A stretch of 64,000 nucleotides of DNA, taken from contig NCHA01000014.1 of NCBI GenBank assembly GCA_002257025.1, positions 4,669 to 68,668 of the forward strand, given 5' to 3'. Positions 30,534-39,455 of this stretch are shown here, one piece after another. The stretch comes from Sphingobacteriales bacterium 16-39-50. Lineage in GTDB: Bacteria > Bacteroidota > Bacteroidia > Sphingobacteriales > Sphingobacteriaceae. Positions within the stretch are counted from its first letter, which is position 1, and each line of letters opens with the position of its first letter. Position numbers and translations under genes: made by a program. The notes under the pieces are model-generated. The model ran no database searches. It was not told the DNA's origin and worked only from the letters and a program-made list of their open reading frames with translations.

Positions 30534-31821
30534 TTCCTCCTTTTCTTTGTTCGTTTAATTCTGCCTGCCTGACTGCAAGGTTTTTGTAAGAATTCTCTGC
30601 CATGATGATTCCGTTATCGACAATCACACCAATCGCCAGTGCGATACCGGTTAATGACATGATATTCGATGAAATATCAAATGCATTCAGCAAAATGAAA
30701 CTGGCAGCAATGGTGATTGGGATCTGAATGATGATGCTGATGGCACTTCTCCAGTGAAAGAGGAAAATGATAACGATCAGAGATACCACGATCATCTCTT
30801 CGATCAGGGTAGTTTTAATGGAAGATATTGATTCTGCAATCAATTCACCCCGGTCGTAAACAATATTGAACTTCATCCCCTGGGGTAAACCCTTAGCTAC
30901 TTCAGTCATTTTTGTCTTCACTTTGCGGATCACTTCATCGGCATTCTCACCATAACGTAATACCACAATCCCTCCAACCGCTTCTCCTTCACCATTATAA
31001 TCGAAGATGCCGAGACGGCTTTCTCCGGCCATCTGAACGGTTCCGATATCCCTGATCTTCACAGGAATAGAGTTTTGAGTTCTTACCGCAAGATTTTCGA
31101 TCTCTTCAATAGATTTAAGGTAACCACTGGTTTTAATAATATAACCGATGCCACTCATCTCAAACTTCCTTCCTCCGGCCTCATTATTATTACTCTTTAC
31201 TGCCCGCATTACATCCTGAATACTAAGCTTATAGTAAGTCAGACGGTTCGGGTCAATACTGATCTGATACTGTTTCTGGAAACCACCAAATGAAGCGATC
31301 TCACTCACTCCTGCTACATTCTGAAGGGCAAATTTGATGTACCAGTCCTGAACAGCCCGCTGCTCTCCAAGATCCATTCCCGGAGCTTCGAGGGTGTACC
31401 ATAGTACATGACCGACTCCGGTTCCATCGGGGCCAAGCGTCGGACTAACACCTTCGGGCAAAACATTGCCGATTGAATTGAGGCGCTCCAATACCCTGGA
31501 CCGTGCCCAGTAAACATCCACATCATCTTCAAAAATGATGTAGATAAAACTCATTCCGAACATGGAATTGGCACGCACATAATTCACTTTGGGCAATCCC
31601 TGAAGATTAGTAACCAAAGGGTAAGTGATCTGATCTTCAATGATCTGCGGACTACGTCCCATCCATTCAGTGAAAACGATGACCTGATTTTCCGAAAGGT
31701 CCGGAATAGCATCAATCTTACTCGTCTTGACCGAATAGAGTCCCCATCCAAAAAATCCGGCTGCAAAAAGCAAGACAATGAAACGGTTCCTTAAAGAAAA
31801 GGAAATGATCTTTTCAACCAT
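30517..31821 (-). CDS. cusA: CusA/SilA-type RND permease, N-terminal part (TM1-TM4)
   Basis: MVEKIISFSLRNRF, DAIPDLSENQVIV, GPDGTGVG, GIALAIGVIVDNGIIMAEN; ends shortly after TM4. Confidence 0.85.
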   Translation of the reverse strand: MVEKIISFSLRNRFIVLLFAAGFFGWGLYSVKTSKIDAIPDLSENQVIVFTEWMGRSPQIIEDQITYPLVTNLQGLPKVNYVRANSMFGMSFIYIIFEDDVDVYWARSRVLERLNSIGNVLPEGVSPTLGPDGTGVGHVLWYTLEAPGMDLGEQRAVQDWYIKFALQNVAGVSEIASFGGFQKQYQISIDPNRLTYYKLSIQDVMRAVKSNNNEAGGRKFEMSGIGYIIKTSGYLKSIEEIENLAVRTQNSIPVKIRDIGTVQMAGESRLGIFDYNGEGEAVGGIVVLRYGENADEVIRKVKTKMTEVAKGLPQGMKFNIVYDRGELIAESISSIKTTLIEEMIVVSLIVIIFLFHWRSAISIIIQIPITIAASFILLNAFDISSNIMSLTGIALAIGVIVDNGIIMAENSYKNLAVRQAELNEQRKGGNADVE

Positions 31822-31826
31822 TTTGC

Positions 31827-32090
31827 TTAGTGCTTATGATCGTGACTGCTGCTATCAGTCATCATGCTGTCTGACTTGATATCCGAATCTTTAACAAGAT
31901 CCATTTTGCAGATTGAACAAGTACCCGGTTTGTCGCTTGTTATTTCAGGGTGCATCGGACATGTATATCCTACTCCTGCAGTTTGGCTGGTTAATGAATC
32001 AGTTTTTGCTTCTGCTGGTTTTTCTGAGCTATTGCATGCAGCGCTGAATAAAAGAACCATAATTGCGATTGAATAAATTAATTTTCTCAT
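31827..32090 (-). CDS. Small heavy-metal-binding-domain (HMBD) lipoprotein with His-rich tail
   Basis: Start moved to MRKLI (32090); lipobox SAAC; YTCPMHPEITSDKPGTCSICKMDLV; tail SHDHKH. Confidence 0.85.
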   Translation of the reverse strand: MRKLIYSIAIMVLLFSAACNSSEKPAEAKTDSLTSQTAGVGYTCPMHPEITSDKPGTCSICKMDLVKDSDIKSDSMMTDSSSHDHKH

Positions 32091-32227
32091 GACGATAATA
32101 TTTATTGTTAATAATAAAATGAATAGATGCGATAATTCATCGAATGAATAATACTCCGATGAGTCTATCAGAATAAAAAGCATACGAAATCAGTCCGAAA
32201 GGAAATCAGACCAGAAGGAAATAAAAA

Positions 32228-32623
32228 TCAGATACGGAAATTACAGTTTCGAATGAAAACAGCAGTTTTCAATGTTCGTGGAGGAGCATTACTCTCAGGA
32301 ATCAGATCCGCAGGAGTGTTTGGCAGTATTTTGGTAAAGTCAGGATAAGTGACAGGTGCTAAAGAAAAAACTATAGGTTGAAAGGTACTTAGCGGAGCTT
32401 TTTGAGATTCCTTTAGCTTATATTCCTGTTTCTGATCTTTACAACAGTCCTCAGAAAGGCCCTTCTTCATGCCGCAATTGCTGCAATTGGCTGCTTTTTC
32501 TGACTTGTCACCAGAAAGCCCCCACTCGATCAGCTCTCCCATACAATAATGGAAATGCACAGTCGCCCCGGATGAAACACCCAGGTAGAATACAGCTAAA
32601 ACGGTGATTAAAAGCCTTTTCAT
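32228..32623 (-). CDS. HYC_CC_PP family protein
   Basis: HFHYC, CSNCGM, CCKD and NAPP motifs; first gene of the metal-efflux operon. Confidence 0.8.
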   Translation of the reverse strand: MKRLLITVLAVFYLGVSSGATVHFHYCMGELIEWGLSGDKSEKAANCSNCGMKKGLSEDCCKDQKQEYKLKESQKAPLSTFQPIVFSLAPVTYPDFTKILPNTPADLIPESNAPPRTLKTAVFIRNCNFRI

Positions 32624-32634
32624 GTAATTGATTA

Positions 32635-32694
32635 CAAAGATTGGTATAAAATTCTGATATATTTTATATAATTTTTTGAAATGTTTATAGAATT
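32635..32694 (-). promoter_or_regulatory. Promoter of the efflux operon with direct-repeat operator
   Basis: -7-like AATCTTTG (32635-32642); repeats AATTATATAA (32664-32673) and AATTCTATAA (32685-32694) at 21-bp period; third copy AATTTTATAC at 32644-32653. Confidence 0.6.
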
Positions 32695-32775
32695 TGGTTT
32701 TTGTCTTTACTGTCCATATAGCTAGCGCAGCCCCTCCAACGGATTGTCGAATGTTGAAGAGCCCCTCCTAAGCTG

Positions 32776-32860
32776 TTGTCTAAACCATGATTCAGATGAT
32801 TTATTTGATAATTATGAATCTTTACAATCAAGCTAATCAAATAAATCATAGTTCAGACAA
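32776..32860. repeat. Palindromic extragenic repeat
   Basis: Arms TTGTCTAAACCATGATT and AATCATAGTTCAGACAA; the right arm recurs at 45375-45401 with 2 mismatches in 27 nt. Confidence 0.6.
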
Positions 32861-32897
32861 AATACTATATTTAATCAGCTGTAAATAACTTTAAAAA

Positions 32898-34286
32898 ATG
32901 AAAAAACTGATCTCATTCACCATCATTCTTTCAATTATAATCCTGTTTAGTTTTGCTTCTGATGCTGCAGATAAGCAAATTCAAACAAGTACTGCATGGA
33001 AAGCGGGAGTAGCTAAAGTTAAGATTACACCTGAAGAGCATATGTGGATGGCAGGATATGCTTTTCGCAACAAACCTTCGGAAGGAAAACTGACAGATTT
33101 ATGGGCAAAAGCACTAATTCTGGAAGATGCAAGCGGAAAACGGGCGGTTATGATCTCACTCGATCTGGTTGCCATCCGTAAAGTAATCTCTGAACCCGTG
33201 AGGGACAGAATTGAAAAACAATTCGGATTAACGAGGTCACAGATTCTGATCAATGCTTCGCACACCCATACCGGACCTGAGACTCAATCTGCACCACATA
33301 TTTTCACACTGGAGAAAAAGGAATTAGACAAGATTGACCGTTATGCAAAAAAACTGGAAGATCAACTGGTTAATTTAGTAGGCGATGCTTTGAAAAACCT
33401 GCAGCCTGCAACACTTTACTCAGAAAATGGAGTCAGCCGCTTTCAGGTGAACAGAAGAAACAATAATGAAAACAACCTTGATCTTCAAACCGAATTAAAG
33501 GGGCCGAATGACTTTGCAGTACCTGTTATCAAGGTAGTAAATGCAAAGGGGAAGATCATGGCCATTGCCTTCGGCTATGCCTGCCATAATACTGTTCTCG
33601 GCACCTATGAGTGGTCGGGAGATTATGCCGGTTTTGCGCAGATAGCACTCGAAAAAAGGTATCCCGGAGCAATGGCATTATTCTTTCAGGGAGCAGGCGC
33701 GGATCAGAATCCGCTGCCACGAAGGACAGTGGCACTGGCGATGCAATATGGTGAAACACTGGCAGCCTCAGTCGACCGGGTTTTAAAAGAAGAAATGAAG
33801 GCTCTTTCATCTGAACTGACTCTTTCCTATTCAGAGATTGACCTTAAGTTTGAGAAGACGAGTCCGACAAAAGAAGAACTGAAAGGACTGATGAGTGATA
33901 CCTCAAAAACACCCGATTATCTGAAAGCCAGTGCAAAAGTGCTGCTTGCAAAGCTGGATAAAGGGGAAAAACTGATGACTTCATATCCCTATCCACTGCA
34001 GGTATGGAAGCTGGGGGAACAGCCTCTTATTACAATGGGAGGTGAAGTACTGGTAGGATATGCAAATGAGCTGAAGAAAATTTACGGACAGAATATATTT
34101 GTTTTTGGGTATAGCAATGATGTTATGGCTTACATTCCAACCAGCACCGTATGGAAAGAAGGTGGATATGAAGCAAGCCGTTCACCAATATTTACTACGC
34201 CATGGGCTTCGGATATTGAGGAAGTGATTATCAGGGAAGTGAAAAGACTGGCGGAAGAGGCTGGAGTTAAAAAATTGGTTAACTGA
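32898..34286 (+). CDS. Neutral/alkaline ceramidase-like secreted hydrolase
   Basis: Signal peptide; MAGYAFR, LINASHTHTGP, YACHNT, SGDYAG, GYSNDVMAYIPT, GGYE. Confidence 0.8.
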   Translation: MKKLISFTIILSIIILFSFASDAADKQIQTSTAWKAGVAKVKITPEEHMWMAGYAFRNKPSEGKLTDLWAKALILEDASGKRAVMISLDLVAIRKVISEPVRDRIEKQFGLTRSQILINASHTHTGPETQSAPHIFTLEKKELDKIDRYAKKLEDQLVNLVGDALKNLQPATLYSENGVSRFQVNRRNNNENNLDLQTELKGPNDFAVPVIKVVNAKGKIMAIAFGYACHNTVLGTYEWSGDYAGFAQIALEKRYPGAMALFFQGAGADQNPLPRRTVALAMQYGETLAASVDRVLKEEMKALSSELTLSYSEIDLKFEKTSPTKEELKGLMSDTSKTPDYLKASAKVLLAKLDKGEKLMTSYPYPLQVWKLGEQPLITMGGEVLVGYANELKKIYGQNIFVFGYSNDVMAYIPTSTVWKEGGYEASRSPIFTTPWASDIEEVIIREVKRLAEEAGVKKLVN

Positions 34287-34315
34287 TGCTTACAAACATA
34301 CCTGTACACCATGTA

Positions 34316-34461
34316 GTAAAATTCGTCAGTCTTTTTTGGAATGTGACTTACGAATTTACTGAGGCGATATGCAAGATAAATTCGTCAGTCGCATCTTGAT
34401 TGAGCGACCCGATTGCTATCTGGTGACGAAATCTACTTTCCGCTTGGTCAGGTAATTTCGT
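34316..34461. repeat. Cluster of short hairpin (REP-like) repeats
   Basis: AAATTCGTCAGTC occurs twice with inverted partners (ACGAATTTAC, TGACGAAAT) between convergent genes. Confidence 0.5.
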
Positions 34462-34469
34462 CTATCGAA

Positions 34470-35711
34470 TTAATTCGCAGGCATCCGCTTCGGTGTGAGG
34501 ATAACGGTGATGATACCAACAATTGCTAAAACAATCAGAACAGAGAATCCGTTAGCATAGCTTCCGCTGATATCCCTGATCCATCCAACCATCCAAGGCA
34601 TGATTGCTTCGGCAAGACCATCACCGGTTAAGACAATACCCATTACCCGCCCCATAACTTTAACGCCAAACAATTCGGCTGCCATTAATGGGATGATCAT
34701 ATAATCTCCCCCCAGGCCTATTCCGAAAACGATCGCGAAGACATAGATCACCCCTGGTGTTGTTGCAAAATAAAGCAGTGGGATCGCTGATGCAACCAGG
34801 CAATAGATCAGTAGCATGACATATTTCTTTTCAATTTTATCGGCAAGCCAGCCCATAAATAAGCGACCGAAAATACTGGCAGCAAGTATTAATGAGAGCA
34901 CGTTTGCAGCCTGAGTTTGTGAATATTTAAGGTCCAGACTAAAGAATAGTTTCAAATTCTGACTGGTTGCACTTACTGCTCCTATGGAACACATACTTCC
35001 AATCAGCAATAAATAAAAGGCTCTTGTTTTTAAGATGGCTTTAATATCCCGTTTAGGTTCTTCAGGCTTATCGGTTGAGGCAGAATCTCCGGTATGAGGG
35101 GGATTATCCTTAACAAACCAGGCCATAGGAAATGACAAAACGATCATTGTCACACCCAGAATGACCAGGGCATGGCGGTATCCGAATTCCACATTCAAAG
35201 CTTTTGCGATCTGAGGTGCCAGCATCCCTCCGATTCCGATTCCTAAATAAGCAAAGCCCATTGCCTTACCGCGGGCCTTATCAAACCAGCGTGAGGTTAA
35301 TACCTGATTAGGTAATGGTCCGCCGCACATATAACCCAAAGCACTGAATATATAAAACACATAAAACTGCCAGAGTGAAGTCATCAATCCCAAACCGATA
35401 ACAGCACCGCCTGCCATTAGGATACCGGCCAGCATCATTTTCCTCGGCCCGAAACGATCGATGAGGTAACCCACCACAAATCCAAACAATCCTACCAGAA
35501 TCTTAGCAAATGCATTTCCTGAGGTTACTGTTGCGCGTGTCCATCCAAACTCCTGAACCCAGAAATCATAAAAGAAGGTCAGTCCGTAAAACATGATCCC
35601 GATCAGGGAGAACAGACTTAAAAAGCCAGTGGCTGCTACACGTGCCTGACCTGATTTTAATGTACTTTGATTTTCTGAGTATTCTTTCATCCGGAGTATT
35701 GCTCCGGACAT
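34470..35711 (-). CDS. MFS transporter
   Basis: 12 predicted TM segments; motif A GYLIDRFGPRK and GWLADKIEKK. Confidence 0.88.
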   Translation of the reverse strand: MSGAILRMKEYSENQSTLKSGQARVAATGFLSLFSLIGIMFYGLTFFYDFWVQEFGWTRATVTSGNAFAKILVGLFGFVVGYLIDRFGPRKMMLAGILMAGGAVIGLGLMTSLWQFYVFYIFSALGYMCGGPLPNQVLTSRWFDKARGKAMGFAYLGIGIGGMLAPQIAKALNVEFGYRHALVILGVTMIVLSFPMAWFVKDNPPHTGDSASTDKPEEPKRDIKAILKTRAFYLLLIGSMCSIGAVSATSQNLKLFFSLDLKYSQTQAANVLSLILAASIFGRLFMGWLADKIEKKYVMLLIYCLVASAIPLLYFATTPGVIYVFAIVFGIGLGGDYMIIPLMAAELFGVKVMGRVMGIVLTGDGLAEAIMPWMVGWIRDISGSYANGFSVLIVLAIVGIITVILTPKRMPAN

Positions 35712-35839
35712 GACCGGATACTGAGTCTAAATATAACAACACAAAACACTCTATCAATAAGAATTGATAAAAAATTGTGTTTAGATTGATCGTGTAGGTA
35801 AACGGATGTATGTAACAGGTTGAATAAAGGCTTGTGTCA

Positions 35840-35922
35840 GCTCTCGCAAAGACGCTAAGACGCAAAAAATTACAGATTACAGGATGATTAATTTATACCA
35901 TATCCTTAGCGTCTCTGCGAGA
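35840..35922. repeat. CGCAAAGACGC-type palindromic repeat
   Basis: 18-bp arms TCTCGCAAAGACGCTAAG / CTTAGCGTCTCTGCGAGA (1 mismatch); related arm at 62894-62917. Confidence 0.7.
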
Positions 35923-36008
35923 CAATATAAAATGCTCAGCATGACATCCCCTTAATTATACTGATAAATTATGGCCTGCTAAAGACAGGAGTAACGACCA
36001 GACAAATA

Positions 36009-36425
36009 TCAATTCCTCTCAGTATACTTTTTGAAATTATCAAGTATTGCCTGCCAGCCCTGCCTTTGGAGCTCAATGGAATTTTCTGTTTCAGCATCAA
36101 AGCTTATGCTGACTTCTGTTTTACCATCAGCATCCTTAAAAGTTACCCGGACTTCCCTCCCATCGGGCATGGTGAAGTTAAATCTTTTACCAACAATTAT
36201 CTGATCATAAACAGCTTCAAAGTCAAAGCCAAAGCTTCCATCTTTAGCCTCCATTCTTGCGATGTATTTTCCACCTACCCGCATATCATTCGAAGCATGA
36301 GGGCATTGCCAGTCCTCGCTTGCAAAGTTCCATTTTGTAATATGTTCAGGCCGGGTGTAATAGTCCCAAACTTTTTCAATATCTGCCGAAACAATTGCCT
36401 GAATTATGATTTTATCCCTTTTCAT
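36009..36425 (-). CDS. SRPBCC / AHSA1-like protein
   Basis: KVWDYYTRPEHITKWNFASEDW, DMRVGGKYIARMEAKDGSFGFDF, QRQGWQAILDNFKKY. Confidence 0.85.
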   Translation of the reverse strand: MKRDKIIIQAIVSADIEKVWDYYTRPEHITKWNFASEDWQCPHASNDMRVGGKYIARMEAKDGSFGFDFEAVYDQIIVGKRFNFTMPDGREVRVTFKDADGKTEVSISFDAETENSIELQRQGWQAILDNFKKYTERN

Positions 36426-36436
36426 AATGCATGGAT

Positions 36437-36829
36437 TTAAATTAATCGTTCCAAATGTCCTTTACGTTTGACTATGTTTTTATAATCCCATTGAATTCCC
36501 CTTGATTTCTGCAGCCAACGCTTCAAATCATTAATTGAAATGTCGGAAACATGGTTATAGAATACAGAAGCATCTTTGAATTTTTTACCTGGGAGGTTTA
36601 GTCCCTCCTCATCAAAACCGGCTCCACTCCAGAACATTAACCGAACCCCCGGTTTTTGTTTACTGTAACCAACAATTGGATTTCCCTCTAAAAACCATAC
36701 CGGATGGGCATGCCAGATTTTACTTTCAGCACCAGACAGTTCTTTGTCGATTGTCAAGGCTAGAAAATCACAAATATCCTTATATTCAGGATTTAGATTT
36801 TCATTGAAGGTTTTTATTTCAAGGTTCAT
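36437..36829 (-). CDS. DUF1801 domain protein
   Basis: KIWHAHPVWFLEGNPIVGYSK...RLMFWSG...QWDYKNIVKRKG. Confidence 0.8.
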   Translation of the reverse strand: MNLEIKTFNENLNPEYKDICDFLALTIDKELSGAESKIWHAHPVWFLEGNPIVGYSKQKPGVRLMFWSGAGFDEEGLNLPGKKFKDASVFYNHVSDISINDLKRWLQKSRGIQWDYKNIVKRKGHLERLI

Positions 36830-36869
36830 ACCTTTTGAATGGAGTGATTTTCCCGCTAATCAGAGGGTT

Positions 36870-37268
36870 TTAATTCATTGAATGCAATCCAATAGTATTT
36901 CCTTCCGTATCCATCAGAATTGAGCAAAATCCATGCTCGCCAAGTGACATTTTAGGCTGTAAAACTTTCCCCCCGGCTGCTTCTGCCCTTCCTTCTTCTA
37001 TTGAACAATCTTCTGAAGCAAAATAAACCAGGGTACCACCTGCACCCGGTCCCATATTTTCCATTTTAACCAATGCTCCACTAGTGTTCATTCCATTCTC
37101 TTCAAAAGGGAAACAAAGCATTTGCATCTCACCCAAGCCTTCCGGCATTGGCATCTCACTTAATTTAATCTGTAATAGTGTTTCGTAAAACTTCTGAGCC
37201 CTGCTCATATCATCTACATAAATCTCTACCCAGGTAAACGGGTTTTTAGCTTGTGCTGCCATAGCCAT
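36870..37268 (-). CDS. VOC / glyoxalase-family protein
   Basis: WVEIYVDDMSRAQKFYE, LVYF, AGGKVL, DTEGNTIGLHS. Confidence 0.85.
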   Translation of the reverse strand: MAMAAQAKNPFTWVEIYVDDMSRAQKFYETLLQIKLSEMPMPEGLGEMQMLCFPFEENGMNTSGALVKMENMGPGAGGTLVYFASEDCSIEEGRAEAAGGKVLQPKMSLGEHGFCSILMDTEGNTIGLHSMN

Positions 37269-37325
37269 AATAATTTGATTGTTAAATATTATATACCCGA
37301 TATTTTGTTTTAACTCTGATATCTC

Positions 37326-37535
37326 CTATTTGACTAAAGTATAAGTCAAGGCTCCTGATGGACACCTGCTAACCTGGGCTTTCAATTCTTCGGTTGTTGC
37401 ATTTTCGATAGTGATCCAGGGAGATTCTTTAGGTTTGTATACCTGTGGCAATGTTTTCACACAAATACCAACATGCTGACAAAGTTTAGGTTGCCATTTG
37501 ATGATGATTTCACCATTAGAATATTCTTTGTTCAT
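37326..37535 (-). CDS. Small (4Fe-4S)-binding protein (YjdI-like)
   Basis: WQPKLCQHVGICVK...PWI...CPSGAL. Confidence 0.8.
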   Translation of the reverse strand: MNKEYSNGEIIIKWQPKLCQHVGICVKTLPQVYKPKESPWITIENATTEELKAQVSRCPSGALTYTLVK

Positions 37536-37621
37536 AAGATCTGAAATTTAATAACAAAATACAGAATTTAATTTTTACCGGCTTTAACTGATTCAAAAAT
37601 CAGGCTTTATACTTTAAAAAA

Positions 37622-37969
37622 TCATTTTGCCTGAATACAATAAGAAATAATTTTCTGAATCTGATCAGAATCGTTGAACTCATATAAATCACAAGCTGAT
37701 ATAAAAGAAATCCGCTTCCCATCTCGTATAAACTCGGCTGTCCCAGTTACAACAACCTTATTAGCCTCCGAAATCACATTCAGTGTTTTAAAGTTTGTTG
37801 TAACAGATTTAAAGTATTGTCCCACCTGAATGCAATTTTCAATAATCGCATTTTTCCCTATGAATTTATCTTCTTCAACTACTTCCCAAATGGCATTAGC
37901 TGCAATGAAATTTTTTGTTTTGTCAAACTCTCCGTTTGAAAATGCTGTGGCTATTTCTGGTTTTGTCAT
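37622..37969 (-). CDS. NTF2/SnoaL-like protein
   Basis: AFSNGEF, AIWEVV, KVVVTGTAEF, ACDLYEF pattern. Confidence 0.7.
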   Translation of the reverse strand: MTKPEIATAFSNGEFDKTKNFIAANAIWEVVEEDKFIGKNAIIENCIQVGQYFKSVTTNFKTLNVISEANKVVVTGTAEFIRDGKRISFISACDLYEFNDSDQIQKIISYCIQAK

Positions 37970-38145
37970 GTTCTAAATAGATGATTTAGATACTCATATA
38001 TCGGTTTTCGACTTGGCGAAGGCATGGAATATTCATAGGAAGGAAGTGCATGTTTCAGAACAAAATATTCATAAAATGCACCTCATCCCTGCTTTTGCGA
38101 ATCGATTTTATACCTATGTTGTTTCTCAGGCTATACTTTTCCTTT

Positions 38146-38568
38146 TTATTTGGGGTCAAAGTCCACCATCCATTCTATTCCATATTTGTCTCTGAACATT
38201 CCAAAATATGAACCCCAAGGACTGTCAGTAATCGGCATTTCAATATTTCCACCTACTGAAAGTCCGTTAAATAATCTGTCGGCTTCTTCACGACTTTCTG
38301 CACTAATTGAAATTTTAGATCTGTTTTCATTTTCGTTTACCGGTCCCATACTTTCTGGAACGTCATTACCCATTAAAATATTTTTTCCAATAGGTAAAGC
38401 AATGTGCAGAATTTTATTTGCATCATTTTCAGCTACGGGGAATTCAGGGCTTGAAAGATCTTTAAGACGCATAATTTTTACGAATTCTCCACCAAATACT
38501 GATTTGTAAAATATGAAAGCGTCTTCGGCATTTCCATTAAAATTGATATGTGGATTGATAAGTGCCAT
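38146..38568 (-). CDS. VOC family protein, PhnB-like
   Basis: INPHINFNGNAEDAFIFYKSVFGG, SPWGSYFGMFRDKYGIEWMV. Confidence 0.85.
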   Translation of the reverse strand: MALINPHINFNGNAEDAFIFYKSVFGGEFVKIMRLKDLSSPEFPVAENDANKILHIALPIGKNILMGNDVPESMGPVNENENRSKISISAESREEADRLFNGLSVGGNIEMPITDSPWGSYFGMFRDKYGIEWMVDFDPK

Positions 38569-39006
38569 AATTTTTAATTTTTTTTTGACTGTATGTTAGT
38601 TGTATTAGTGTCGCTTGGCAATTAGGCATAACTTATTTATACGAACCTTAAAACTTTATTAAATATGCTCATTGCCAATAAGATATCCAAAGAAATTCCA
38701 CAAGTTATCGTGATATTCTCCATAGGAAAACTTATAGTGTCAGCGCTCCCATCCAAAAATCAAAACACAGTTTTATATCAGCAATGAATAACTTATTAGC
38801 AGGCATAACTTTCTATTCATTCAATCCGCCGGAGGATATTTTACCAGCTGCAGGAGTCAATTATAAACCAATTTATTTTCTGTTAAAATTTCGCATTCAG
38901 ACAGGGGAATTTGTTCGGGATTTCTCCGGAATTGCAACACATTTCAAAGAGAATGCATTAAAGCGATAACAGCGAGCATAGGAAAATTACAATTTATAAC
39001 TGTTTC

Positions 39007-39441
39007 TCAGTCAAGAATTATGTTCAGTCCCTGTTCTCTGAGTTTTTCCAATCCGTCCTTAATTGCTTTAATTTGTTCGGGGCTGCGTCCCTGCCAGACA
39101 GTTACTTCGCCGATTACTTTAAACGGATGTTTCGAACGGTAAGACATAGTAGGATTACCGGGAAACTTTTTATCTGTTACATTTGGATCATCTTCTATAT
39201 CGCCTGTTGCCTCTACCAAAAAAATTCCTTCCCTACCGTTGCCTGAAGCAAGTTCTGCTCCCAAAACAGCCGTATTCAATGTAGATGAGACATAAACATG
39301 CTTAAGCTCTCTGTCCTCATAGTTGGATTTAAAGCCAACTGTTATCAAATCCCCAATCTTCAGCTCAGCCTTTGTCCCGTGAAAATATGTTTGGGCAAAA
39401 GGAGTTGCGATATGAGAGTTGTTCTTATCTTCTTTGCTCAT
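39007..39441 (-). CDS. arr: NAD(+)-rifampin ADP-ribosyltransferase
   Basis: YFHGTKA, SNY, GAELA, EDDPNVTDKKFPGNPTMSYRS; His, Tyr and Asp catalytic positions retained. Confidence 0.88.
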   Translation of the reverse strand: MSKEDKNNSHIATPFAQTYFHGTKAELKIGDLITVGFKSNYEDRELKHVYVSSTLNTAVLGAELASGNGREGIFLVEATGDIEDDPNVTDKKFPGNPTMSYRSKHPFKVIGEVTVWQGRSPEQIKAIKDGLEKLREQGLNIILD

Positions 39442-39455
39442 TGTAGTTATTAGGT

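Noticed and set aside
30517-30560. Programmed -1 ribosomal frameshift in cusA
   Set aside because: Joining the frames needs +1, and there is no X_XXY_YYZ heptamer or downstream stimulator visible.
31827-32183. Longer start (118 aa) for the HMBD lipoprotein
   Set aside because: The signal peptide and lipobox begin at MRKLI (32090); the extension runs through AT-rich intergenic sequence.
38784-38969. 61-aa plus-strand ORF
   Set aside because: No recognisable motif; opposite to all neighbours; likely chance.
36009-39441. Bona fide integron
   Set aside because: No tyrosine integrase and no complete attC hairpin after each gene; only two GTTATGC cores in one gap.
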